Assembly (NCBI GenBank): GCA_001949185.1
Contig: BDGG01000014.1
Span: 248,001 to 312,000 of the forward strand
Direction: 5' to 3'
Origin: Ramazzottius varieornatus
Taxonomy: Eukaryota; Animalia; Tardigrada
DNA length: 64,000 bases
Shown: positions 25,684 to 40,794 of the stretch, piece after piece
How positions within the stretch are numbered: the stretch's first letter is position 1
How the letters are laid out: every line of letters begins with the position of its first letter
Translations under genes and position numbers: made by a program
The notes under the pieces: model-generated
What the model saw: only the letters and a program-made list of their open reading frames with translations
What the model was told of the DNA's origin: nothing
The model's database searches: none

Positions 25684-27541
25684 TCAAGAAGAAGGAAAAA
25701 TGGGCAAGAAAATGGCTCTCAAACGCGTCGCTAAGCTGCCTGCCAAGTATCGTGCTTTAGCGCGTGGTGACGTGAAGGCTTTCATGATACTCCTTATTGG
25801 CTCCTCAAGCTTGTTACTGCCAAGTGCGGCAACCTTCGGCACGTGGACCTGTAGGGCCGAGAAATACTTTTCACTGTAAGCATTCTGGATGCTGTGCGGC
25901 AGAGCCCTCCAGTGACGATCTATCGTTCTTATCAGCGCTTTGTTGTTGGCCAATTCGGTGCTCCTGTAGGCACCCGGCTCAATGGTAGAAACTAAAAACA
26001 GCCGAAACGCCACCTTGTGAATTCGTTCCAGCTCGACGTGCACAAATTCGCTGGTACTGCAAGACATACCTTGTATTCCAAACTTGTTCAGTTCGCGTCT
26101 GAGACCGTCGGCTAGCCCGATCTGGGCGTACTTGGTCATACTGTAGACTGTAAAGCCAGGAATTGCATAACGACCTGTAAAACGATTATGAAATTCTCCG
26201 ATGGTAAATCTGCAGGCGCAGTAGTCTCTACAGTATGAACACACGTACCTCCCAAACTGGACATGATGAGAAGACGGCCCTGCGATTCCCTTAGTAACGG
26301 CAGAAAAGCTTTAACCACTCTGACTGTCCCCATACAGTTCACGTTGATCATATCCTGCAAGTGACAAAAAATACAGACTTTAAACTCAAAATCCTTTTCC
26401 AGGCTTGTGGCAGCCTTCTGACGTTAACACTTTCAGCACGATCGTTTTCATGTTTGCAGAATACTACCGTCCTCTTTGTGTATGAGGAATTTTATTGGCT
26501 GGTACCGTGTTAGAGAGGCTGGTCCAACCAATAAGCAATTTTAGAAATTTCAAAATTCGGATAATTGGCAGGCCATGAAAGCCAAATCTCTCAGGGGAGA
26601 ACTGGTCGTCTTGATTTTCTTCTGACCGCACTGATGACTACAAAATTTATCCCAGGCTTGGCTTCGATAGATAAGACTGTCTCTAGTGCTCCAGTTTTTT
26701 CTAAGCGAATACCGTGTCACGCGTCTCGCGCGAAGAGACGAAACACCAAATTTCCCCAAAACCACCCGAAACCGTAGAAGAAATTTCCAGCGTGCTGGGG
26801 TTTTGCTGACCGATGGTCATTAGTGTTGCTTTGGGGAGAAGACCGAGGTACATGCAAACAAAAAGACCCAGACCCGAAAGATCAGAAGCTAAAACTGGGA
26901 GCTGAATAAAACTGAGTGATTGTATACACAGAGAGGACGGTCGTACTCATAGTGTTAAATAGAATGAGTGTACTTGCTGATTTCGTGGTCTTCCAGTGGT
27001 ACCCATTCAAACTCCGAAAACGTTGCTACACCTATGAATGCATGTTATACATGTTACAGAACGATATACATGTTTTTAGACAACGCTTATATTGAGGCTA
27101 TTACTTACCAGCGTTGGTCATGACAGCCCACAGCTCTAGGTTATTCTTCGAGAGGTCGTCGGTGATGTACTGGGAACAAGCACGAATTTCTTTCCACTTG
27201 GTAACATCGCACTGCAGTACTTTCATGCGTCCTTTCTTTTCCAGTTTCTGCAGTTGTCGACCGCCGTTTAACTCTGGAACCAGGCAGCCGCTGTAGACAT
27301 GAAAACCGTAATCGTGCAACTGCTCGGCCGCGGCATTCCCAAAGCCGGTGTCGCATCCCGTTATGAAGACTGCTTTGCCTTCTGGGTTTACTTTTCTACT
27401 GAAAAACGTCCGGCAAAATAGCTTGGAAGACGCTACTGAGCTTTGCTGCCCAAACCGAATAATTAAGCAGGATAATTGGGTCCTGCTACCGCAATTGATG
27501 GCGTACGACGAGCAAGCTATCGATGTAATTCCTCTTAGCAT
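25684..27541 (-). CDS. Short-chain dehydrogenase/reductase, SDR9C (BDH1/retinol dehydrogenase-like)
   Basis: Motifs VFITGCDTGFG, LWAVMTNAG, VNCMGTVRVVKAFLPLLRESQGR, catalytic YSMTK and IEPGAYRS across exons. Exact termini are uncertain. Confidence 0.85.
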
Positions 27542-28806
27542 GGCGACAAATCGTAACAATCATGGCATAGTCAACAGAGAAAAGAGTTTGCGGAGATAGA
27601 TTTGGCGATATTACAGGGCAGAATACGTCAGTTCGTCTATATTAATAAGGCAAACGTTGACGCCATTGTCTATTGTTGCTCTTAATCCTCCCGCCCGCCT
27701 GCTAGGGAACCTCTGGGTTCGTTGCTGGGCTCCATTCGGGGTGCGACTGGCGATGTCGCAGACAGATTAGATTCGTTAAGAATCTCTGCAAGTGAGCGAG
27801 AAGCTTCCTGCTTCATGAAACGTCAGCTGGCAACTGCTATCGAAGAACAATAAAACTTCAGCTTTCTGTCCATTTGGTTGGATAGCGGACTGGATGCACT
27901 GTTTCAGCTCCTGTTCCATACGAAGCCTCGAATTCCTGGCTGTAAACAGATACAGTTACATGGGTCATCGTGCACCCATGGTCTTCATTTGCCTGCTTGT
28001 ATCTTTTGAACCCGTCGTCCGATTTCGCTCTAATTCGAATACGGCCAAGTAGGACACATTTAATACTTCCGTATCAGTGACAGGTGAGTTGCTGGTTCAA
28101 TCAATCAACCGAATTGATTCAAAGTCGGATTCAGTTCGAAAGTGGGTGATTCAGACAAGAAAATAGGGTGATTGGTGACCAAACCACAGCAATCAAGGCC
28201 ACGTATTGTGTACCCTTGTAGCTGCGTGCATTCGTTTCTTGGCCGTTCTGTGGTCGATTCATCCATCTCAAAAGTCGAAAACGAATGTAAGTGCCCACCG
28301 GTGCTTGCAGTGTCAAGAGATAGTCCGTGAAGGGGCAATTTAATTATTGTGGCAGTCTCTGATCTCCCTGTCCATAACCGACCTCAAAGATACTTTTCTA
28401 AACTGCGTGTGCGCACTTTCCTGCGCGCATGTCTGGTGTGGTGCAGCCGGATAAAACGCGCTACGGTTTCTTCCTACTAAACAATGAACTAGTAACGGTA
28501 AATCATGTCTCGCTGAGGACTCCGTTTTCGGAAGGGTTGTCAGTGTGTGACCAACTGTTACATGCATTTCAGAAACAGGTCTTCTCTTTTTCCGCTGCCC
28601 AGCTGAACTAGCTACGAAATTGCCGAAATGTTCTGAAACAAAACGACCAGGGAAACTGCAACTCCCAGTTTTCGGACCAAGTATAAGCTCGTCAGAAATC
28701 CTCCTTTACTTCTCATTGCATAATCGCATGGGGTTCTCGTTCTGTTTTCCATTTTCCTTCTTTTGTCAAGAAATACCTTCCGTTGCTTACTCATCAACCG
28801 TGAAAA

Positions 28807-29845
28807 TGTCGGACAGCGAAAGCGGGAGCCAGAAGGAAAGAGATGATTCCCAGCCAAGCCGGAGATGTAGATTTGCCTACAAACCGTGTCATCTGATTGC
28901 TCTTGTCCGTCAAGTGGCCGCCGAAAATCCATTCCAGTATGCCAGCGGATCTGCTCAGGACAAAGCATGGGAGTCTATACGAGCTGCCTTGAAGGAAGCA
29001 GGGATTAAAGCCCAGGCACGAAGCAACTTTCTGAAAGTGAGGAAACTGTTGGATGATCAAGACAAGAAGATGAGCAAGCTTCCGAAGTCTGGTACGGAGA
29101 AACAGTATAAAGAGTTGAAGCAGCTGCTGGAAGAACTCGCCTTCCTGCGAAAGGAAGAAGCCAGACATCACGCTGAAGAAGCTGCAAAAGCGCCAGCTGT
29201 TCCTGCTGCGAAGAAGTCAAGCCGAAAAGCTAGGGGAGTCACGGAGGTCCAGCAGGGGAAGAACATTCGAGATGCTTCGATGAACATGATGAAACGACGT
29301 CGAGGTAAGGTTCAATCTTGACTACTGTTGCTTACCCAGGTGAAGTGGCGCATTTTTCTGGTTTGTTAACCGGATACTTGCGCAAGTGGTAGTCTTGCCT
29401 TCTCACGGCGTCTACTTGCAGGAAAGCTTGGTTCTTCGAGTGATGACGGAGATACGGACGGGGAAGAGGAACACGAAATCAATGGCCATATGGGAGTCAA
29501 CACACGCAATCCGAACCGAAAAGCGGAACACGGGAAGACGATGCTGATCGTTTCAAACGATACAGGCCACCGACCGGAAGCGATAGACTGGCTGACGTTC
29601 TGTCGGCTTCTGCCAAGACCGAACAAAAGTACGGTACCATGAAGTTAGATTTGCAGAACCGTCAGCTGGCATTTCAGGAGGCTCAGTTAGCTGAACAAAA
29701 GGCAGCCAGAGAGGAAGCTGCTGCTTTAAGAATTCGAGAACTGGAGCTCGAAACCATCAAGACTAAAGCTCGTATTAAGAGCGATCAAGAAAAAGACGCA
29801 TTACTAAGCTCAGTGCTAAGGCGTATGATGGACAAGATGTCCTAA
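28807..29845 (+). mobile_element. Harbinger transposon Myb/SANT-like accessory protein (spliced, probably disrupted)
   Basis: LIALVRQVAAENPF...KAWESIRAAL...KSGTEKQYKELKQLLEEL, followed by a coiled-coil C-terminus. It is convergent with a Harbinger transposase remnant. Confidence 0.7.
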
Positions 29846-30099
29846 ATGATCCTGCTAACTTTGTTCTCGACTGAAAGCGGGAGGAACCTTGGATCGCGAC
29901 TAGTTTGATAACTTCTGAAGTATTTCTGACTTTTATCCCGTCTTTTCTGCCTGGTGGCGCAGTACGTCATGAAATGTGGAAAAGCTGTGGGGATGTTTTT
30001 GAGTCTTTAATTTTTCTTTCTGACGTCGTACGGTGAACTAAAAAGTACAAATCAGCGGTTAAAATTCATTCAGCCGTCAGATAAACTTCCAAGTGCGGA

Positions 30100-31240
30100 G
30101 GATTGCAGAAAAAGCCTGAGAAACGATATTGCAGTACAGACAGGCATGGCAGTTCATCAAGATGGTCTCTACTAAATAGTAAACAGCAACTGGCTGGGAG
30201 TATACTCATAGGTTCTTTTTGAAGTCCAGAAAAGCAAGCTTGTTGACGGTATTTCCAAACCGGCCATACGGGTATTCCATGCTTGCTGGTCTACGGTGAC
30301 TCTTGCTCTCCCGAAAGGACTCAGCAAGTACCTGGACATAGGGTAGGCAGGACATAGGGTAGGCAGGAGCAACTTCCGTCCGGTCTGTTGAATGCAGCTC
30401 GTAGGTCGGTCAGGAGTCCACTCTCGCGAAGAATGCCTGCATCGTGCCTACATCTTTCCATAGGCCCAAAGAGATGCCCGATTACCCCGTTCGGATACAT
30501 TACAGACTGGAACTTGATACCGTGTTGTCGTTTGTGGCCGGTGAAAGCTGCCTTTTGACTTCGAGAGGGACGACAAGTAAGTCTCATGGTCCCGTCGATG
30601 AACCTAACACAAGTTTCCAGCGGAGCTCCCCGTGCTGTGATCTTGGAAGCAAAGGTCGTAAGGGTGTTTCCGTTCATCCAAGGGTGAATTATAGCTGCAA
30701 AACACCAACCGGAAATGACCGAACAAAGTGAAATAGGATCTGGTATCGCACGGGCTACCCGCTTGTCTTTTCCCGCAGCTTACCTCTCAACAAATGACCA
30801 TGTTCTCGGTGAATCAACATAACGGTGTGATTAAAAATCCTGCTGAAGGAAGGAGCAGACCGCTTCATCAGTCGTTTGCTTTCGAAGAGTCGGTTAGGTA
30901 CGTTCCATGACTCCCTTCGCGATATACCCCATAAGTCTGACATGACTTGCGACAATCCTTATGTGAATTTCAACATCGACTTTCTGCGTTGGAATCCTGT
31001 GGTAAGCGAGGTGGACGGTCATCCGACTTGGAAGAAACCCCATGCGATAAAGAGCGGATAGGTTGTCATGTAAGGAACTGTCATAATTCATAACTTGACA
31101 AGTATTATCAATACGTTGGACGATACTACCTACCGATATGACATCACTATCTTCCAGTTGGAAGTAAGTGATAAAGTTAATGACAATCAGTGATGTGCTG
31201 CCGAAGCGCACGTCTGCTAGAGCGTGGCAAGCCAAAACGC
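30100..31240 (-). mobile_element. Degenerate PIF/Harbinger (HARBI1-like) DDE transposase
   Basis: GAPLETCVRFIDGTMRLTCRP...GHKRQHGIKFQSVMYPNGVIGHLFGPMERCRHDAGILRESGLL. Frameshifted, with a short tandem duplication (GGACATAGGGTAGGCA x2) near 30334-30365. No TIRs found. Confidence 0.85.
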
Positions 31241-31652
31241 GCAAAATTGAAATGGTGAGCCATGAATTTACCGGAGCCAGATTTTGTAGATAGGAAACCT
31301 TGGCATCGAATGCCGGTAGAAGTGCTTTTTCAAATATTGAGCTAACAGGTGTAGTTAATCAATTGAAGAGTGGTTTTGTTTCCTTTTCATACCCAAGCTG
31401 CGGTGAAGGTTGATTGAATGATCTTACTTTTCTGTCAAATAACAATCTTGTACGTCATGACTAAAATCTGCCCCGCTTTATTCTTTGACGTATAACGTCA
31501 AGGATACTTTACAGTGGCCTTCCTTCCAGCAACGCACGCTTCAGCAGCACATCAGTGATGACAATCTTGTTCTTGTATTGCAGTTCGCGAACGTATCGAC
31601 TAAGTACATTCTCACAGATCTCATTCGCTTAATTCAAGATTGATCTGCGAAA

Positions 31653-34614
31653 ATGGCCGATGATGTTCAGGTTGTACCGGAGATGAAGACTGCCGTCTCG
31701 GAAAAGAACAAGGAGAAAGCCGAACGCTTCAAGAACGATGGCAACGAAGCTTTCAAGAACGGGCATTACAGCGACGCAGTGACCATGTATACGGTACGTT
31801 GATTGCTTTAGTATCTACCGCTGGGAAGCTGATCTTTTCATCGCGTTTTCCGAATCTGTTTAGAACGCTATCGAGTGGGATCCGTCCGTCGCCGTTTACT
31901 ACGGAAACCGAAGCTTTGCTTATTTGAGGGTACGAGAAAATTATTGCGGATGAGGAAACAGGAGCGGGATTGTTTTTTTCTCGTGCAGAGGCAGCAGATC
32001 ATCTTTCTGTTTTCCAGGAAGAGCTGTATGGCGCCGCTCTGGAAGATGCGACTACTGCCATCAAGCTGGACCCGAAATACATCAAGGTAGAGCACCCCAT
32101 TACTCATCCAGAATATTTTGCTTATTTCTAACGGAAGATCAACGACACAGTTCATTCGGGAGGGTAAATCAGCCGTGCTCGACTGCTCGTCCATAAACTT
32201 GTTCTTCGTGGTTCGGACCGATCGGCCGACCACACTCGTTATGGCGAGGCGTTTAGATGAAATGGTTTTCTGTTGGTTGCGCGGTTGATTGCGAATCTTG
32301 ATTGATTGTGCAATCCGTTCGTCTTCCAGCCAGACGATTTCCTGTTTTTCCCTTCTCCATCTTGAAACTTGACTTCTTCGTTCAGAATGGCTTTCGCGTG
32401 TAAACAATGTCGTTATTTCTGTACTTCACAGGGATACTACCGGAGAGCGGCGTCGTTGATGGCCTTGGGGAAGCTCAAGCAGGCTTTGAAGGACTTCGAA
32501 ACGGTAGGTATCTCGCCGTTCAGTTTCCTACTTTCGTACCCTACAGAACTGTCCTCTTACTGTTGTGTCACTCTGTGTTAAAGGTAACGAAACGTGTCCC
32601 ATCGGACAAGGACGCCAAGTTGAAGCTGAACGAATGCCAGAAACTTTACAAGCAGAAACAGTTTGAATGGGCCATCCGTTCCGATGACAAGTCAACGTCC
32701 GTCTTTGACACTGTCGATCCTACCACCATCGGTAAGTTCATCTCCCGTTCTTACCATATTTATTCCTGAAGGTTGGTACGTTTTAGTGGTGGAGGATAGT
32801 TACACTGGTCCGAGGTTAATCGACGGCAAGGTGACGGAGGATTTCATGCAGCAACTCATCCCCCACTTTAAGGACCAGAAGCCTCTTCATCGGAAATACG
32901 CACTTGAGGTACGGCTTCCATCCTTTTTCTTGTTCCCGAACGTTCTTAGAACTTATTCTCTCGTGTTTTATTGTAGATACTCCTGCAAATAAGGGACTAC
33001 TTCAAAGCAGCACCGTCGATGGTTGAAATTCCTGTGCCTGAGGTAAGATACCGCATATCACATGGTAGTAGGAAACCGGTTCGTCTGACGTCACGGTTAG
33101 TTGATGTTCATGCCATAGGTGATTCTTGCATCATAGGGATTGATTTTGTTCGGTTCGGCTCATCTATGCTTTTCTGCTTGTAGAAGTCGAAGTTTAGTGT
33201 TTGCGGAGACATCCACGGCCAGTACTATGATCTGTGCAACATTTTCGACCTCAACGGACTTCCGTCCACGGAAAACCCTTACGTAAGATTTCCTTTACAT
33301 GGGGAGAAAGTTAAAATTTACTCGTTGTTCTTTGCAGCTTTTCAACGGCGATTTCGTCGACAGAGGCTCCTTCTCGATAGAGTGTATTTTTACCCTGTTT
33401 GGGTTCAAGCTCCTTTACCCCAACCATTTCTTTCTTGCCAGAGGTAACTATCTTCTCGCTCTTGCACTTTACTGCAGATTACGATTGAGGGTCGATCTTC
33501 TGCAGGGAACCATGAAACGGATAACATGAATTCCATTTACGGTTTCCGCGGTGAAGTTAAGGCCAAATACTCTGACCAAATGTACGACGTGTTTACCGAA
33601 GTCTTCAACCTCCTGCCTTTGTCGCATTTAATCAATAAGAAGGTTCTGGTGATGCATGGAGGCCTTTTTAGCAAGCCTGACGTAACTATCGAAGTAAGTG
33701 AAACATCTCGCACCGTTGATATTATGCTTGTTTTCTCAGAGCTTATTCTTACTGTTTTCTTGTAGGATATCCGGCACATTGATAGAAACAGGCAACCGCC
33801 TGATTCCGGTACGTTATTCTGCTCTTTAAAAGAATAAAGAAGTTTTCTCAATGATTGGGTGCTCGGTTAACATGGTCGACCATATCGGTTCTTCAAGTGG
33901 CGCACTATTCCAGTCGATAACCTCGAAAAATTGCGCTACTTGAAGAAACGTTCAGTTGAGGTTGCAAGTGAAGCACGTTTTCACTGTTGTTGGCCGGCAG
34001 CGTGCGTCACTTTGAAATTCGACCAGATTGTATTCCCAAGTGGCGCATGATTTTAGCAAGATTTACCGGTTGGGTGCGCCACTTGGAAAAGATCTGATAC
34101 AGTTTGTCTGACGAGCTCCCAATTTCTGGAAATGAATTTTCAAATATTGTTTTTCTGAATATTTTTGGATTGCGATTTTTGTAGGTTTGATGTGCGAGAT
34201 ACTGTGGTCAGATCCACAAGATCAGCTAGGTCTGAAAGCTTCGAAGCGTGGTGTGGCTTTCGAATTCGGTCCCGACGTGACAGAAAACTTCTGTAAGCTA
34301 AACAACATTGACTACGTGATCCGCAGTCATGAAGTCAAGCCGGAAGGCTACGAAGTGTCGCACAACGGACGTTGTATCACCGTCTTCAGCGCACCCAACT
34401 ACTGTGATACCATCGGCAACTTGGGAGCCCTCATCATCTTTACTGGTGGCGATCTCACGCCCAAATTTGTTACCTTCAAAGCTGTGGTAAGAATTTTCAG
34501 TCTGTGAACTTTATCTCACTTTTTCACTAATATATTTTGGTTTTTTTCCAGCCACATCCCAACGTTGCAGCAATGTCGTACGCTTCTTCGATGTTCCGAA
34601 TGCTCGGCGGATAA
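31653..34614 (+). CDS. PPP5C: Serine/threonine protein phosphatase 5 (TPR + PPP catalytic domain), multi-exon
   Basis: TPR exons ([38 protein letters not shown]), catalytic motifs [39 protein letters not shown], and C-terminal [13 protein letters not shown]. Confidence 0.96.
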
Positions 34615-34990
34615 ATTATCTTGATAGGATATCTTTGGGTTACGAGTTTTTGTTGGAGTTTCTCGCGAAAATCGGAAGTATTTCAAACCCTTTCATTGAT
34701 CGAAAGTGTGTGATTTGTTATTCTGAGTTTGCTTTTATCTTCTTCTCCCTGTTGAATATTCCCAAGATCATCGATGTCGGAAAATAAGGACTTTTGGTAT
34801 TTGTAACAGTTAAACGATGCCAGCATCCGGTCTAAACAACCAAGTTCGTTCAACGAGATGTCCTGTAAACTTCTTCGACGGGAAAAAAACAGACATTTCA
34901 CGACTACAGTTGCTCCGTGATTCCAGATACAATCCACGAGTCTCTGGTTAGAGGGGATAGTTTTGTGTACTTTACAGTTTCTGTGAACAG

Positions 34991-35248
34991 AAAAGGTGAA
35001 GTTGCAGTTCGACTTGCTCAACAAAATGCTCACCTACATACAGCGGTTCCTCGCGAATAACGGCGGCTGATGCCTTGACGCATTCGTTCTTCACGGGACC
35101 TCGCAAGATCACGCGACAGCCGAAGAAGCGACGTGTTGGAAGAAGAAAGACCGCTGGTGCGCCAAAGACCAAGAAACTAAAGACGGCGAAAAAATGTCGA
35201 TCAGTTTCGGCGAGAAAGTCCAGATCAGTCTCCGCCAGACAGTCGTAA
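34991..35248 (+). pseudogene. Orphan CMGC-type protein kinase C-terminal fragment with a basic tail
   Basis: FDLLNKMLTY / frameshift / RITAADALTHSFF matches kinase subdomain XI, followed by RQPKKRRVGRRKTAGAPKTKKLK. No upstream kinase subdomains are recognisable. Confidence 0.5.
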
Positions 35249-35480
35249 AACTATCAAGTTTATTCTACATCGAGCCAGCCGCTTACAGTCTGTCTTATCC
35301 TCATTTCACGAGGCCTTCCACAAGACACATTTGTACACCAAAGACCGATAAAACATTCAAATTTGTAAAAGTCGGGCAGTGAAACGATGCCAGCATCAGA
35401 CTGAAAACACCCGTTCTTCTAAAGGTACAGTCAACTTATGACAAAAAACACAACGTTCGTTGCACGCTACAGTAGCTAGG

Positions 35481-37001
35481 CTATTGCTGATCGTTCTCGG
35501 TATCCTTGGTCCACTTGACTCGGATGGAGATGGCCTTTGGGTCGAGTGAGTCAGCCATGGTGGAGAACTTGTCGCGAACGTTCCTGTCCGAAATGGCAAC
35601 TTTACCTGTCAAAAAGAAAGCCATTCGGGTCAAGAACTGTGAAACGCGCAAGGACAGCGAAAGAGTTCAAAGAAAATAGAGGAAGACTTTGCTTACCGCT
35701 CTTGATTTCGCTGGCGAACTTTCCCCGCTCGCTGATGAGCTTCTTGGCCACCTTGCTGATGGTCCCGTACGGGCTGCCTTCTTCGGTCTTGGCTTCAGCT
35801 GCGCTGTCCCAGCCGGTGGTCTCGTCATCCAACAGCTCTTTGGCGATCTTCCAGCCTTTCCTCAGCACACTGAGCCATGCCCGAGCCCTGACTTCTTCGT
35901 CATTGATCGCTGCGCCCACCGCCGAACCGCCAACAGCTTCAGCGGCCCCACCGGCCAATTTCTTGACAAACTTGGCGGAGGTCTTCTCGACCAGGACACC
36001 GGTATCACCTTGCGTATCCTCAGAGTCGCGGAACCACTTCTTGACGACTACCTTGTCGGGACGTCCGTGACGATGGCGATGGTGATGACGATGGTGATGA
36101 CGATGTCGGTGCCTGTTCCAGTCTTGGAGAGGAATGCCGACGGAATCTTCCGCCACGATCGCACGACGACTGGTGGGACCTTGAAGAGCTTGGAGAATGT
36201 TGAGGACTTGACGCAGCTTGGCCAGGTTCTTCTCCGAAGGGTCGGACTTGGCGACATCTTGGAGGTAGCGGCCAATGTCCAGCAGGATCTCCACCGTCAG
36301 GCTGTTGAAGGTGCGGTACAGTTCGACCACGTCTTTGGCTTCAGCCTGGGCTTCGTCGCTCTGCAGATCCTCCTTGATGAAGCGTTGAACCTCTGCGATA
36401 GACAATACATACTAATCGAGTCACAGACCAAAGCATCAACCAAGGAAAGGAAGGAGGGCACTGCGAGCTTTGCCAGTCTCTTACCGGCAAAGTGGTTGGA
36501 GACATGGCACATGCGGCTGTAGTCTTGGAAGACCTTCAGTTTGTCGTTCCACTTGAAGAAGCGGGCTTCACATCCGCATCGATCGGCCAGGCACTTGGCA
36601 TCGTCCATCAGCTGGCAACGAGTCTTCTCGCAGGCGTTGGGAAGGCAGACTTGTCCGACCGATGGATCACAGCTGCTGATCGGCAAAGAAGGCGCAGAGA
36701 AAGAGGTGGAATTGGATGAGACGCCTTCATCGCCCGGACGGTAGTAACAGCGGCCTTCCGCCCACGATAGATCGTTCTTCTGGCAGTACATTCCTCCACA
36801 GCAGTTATCTCCCTGACAGGGAGCATCTACGTGCAAACCAGAGTGAAAACACGCACAACGAGGACAAAGCCGAAGTCGAGCAGATTATTCGAAAGTTGAC
36901 GGAGGGGAAAGTTTATGCTCACCGTGTCCTTGGCATGCTTCAGCACACTTCAGCCAGCTTCCCACAGCTAGACAGGCCAAGACGACGACCAAGACCTTCA
37001 T
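35481..37001 (-). CDS. Secreted 413-aa modular precursor (knottin + Cys-rich + His/Arg-rich + cationic amphipathic segments); candidate antimicrobial polyprotein
   Basis: Exons 37001-36923, 36826-36485, 36392-35697 and 35605-35481 have phase-1 GT-AG introns and sum to 1242 nt in one open frame. Signal peptide MKVLVVVLACLAVGSWLKCAEA is followed by CQGHDAPCQGDNCCGGMYCQKNDLSWAEGRC. The gene model is well supported; the function is inferred. Confidence 0.8.
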
Positions 37002-37111
37002 GGCGAACCTCCAATCAAAGACCAAGAAGACACACGATACTATGCCTGGAAAGAAGTCTTTCAGCCGAGCTTGAAAGTTATATCAACTGTGGGGACTCGG
37101 GAGAGCCTACG

Positions 37112-37148
37112 ACTGAACCAAGAAAGACTTCTTCCACTGCTATTTATA
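37112..37148 (-). promoter_or_regulatory. TATA box + initiator of the secreted precursor gene
   Basis: On the minus strand, TATAAATA (37148-37141) lies ~30 nt upstream of TCAGT (37116-37112), an arthropod-type Inr, about 110 nt before the ATG. Confidence 0.6.
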
Positions 37149-37346
37149 CCTTCGCTGTGATTTTGATCAAGCGTGGACATTCAACTGGACCAAGTCCGGC
37201 TGCGAGTCCGGACGCTCGAAAGCCCAACCAGGCCGCATCCGTGTCCATTTCTTCAGTTGCCTGCTTCGACGTTTCTTTATTGTACTGAACTCTGAAAGGT
37301 TTCAAGAAAGAAAACCATGCAATCAGGCAGCAAAACCCACGAAGAA

Positions 37347-40794
<3,448 letters not shown>

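Noticed and set aside
31868-32407. 179-aa minus-strand ORF
   Set aside because: Overlaps PP5 exons and introns antisense; no recognisable motif.
35602-36405. Possible CAHS/LEA/Dsup-type tardigrade tolerance protein
   Set aside because: No CAHS motifs or 11-mer LEA periodicity. The exon splices to a signal peptide and knottin exons.
35689-36522. 277-aa + strand ORF (and 35537-36070)
   Set aside because: Antisense shadow of the GC3-rich coding exon on the minus strand; no signal, domain or splice support.
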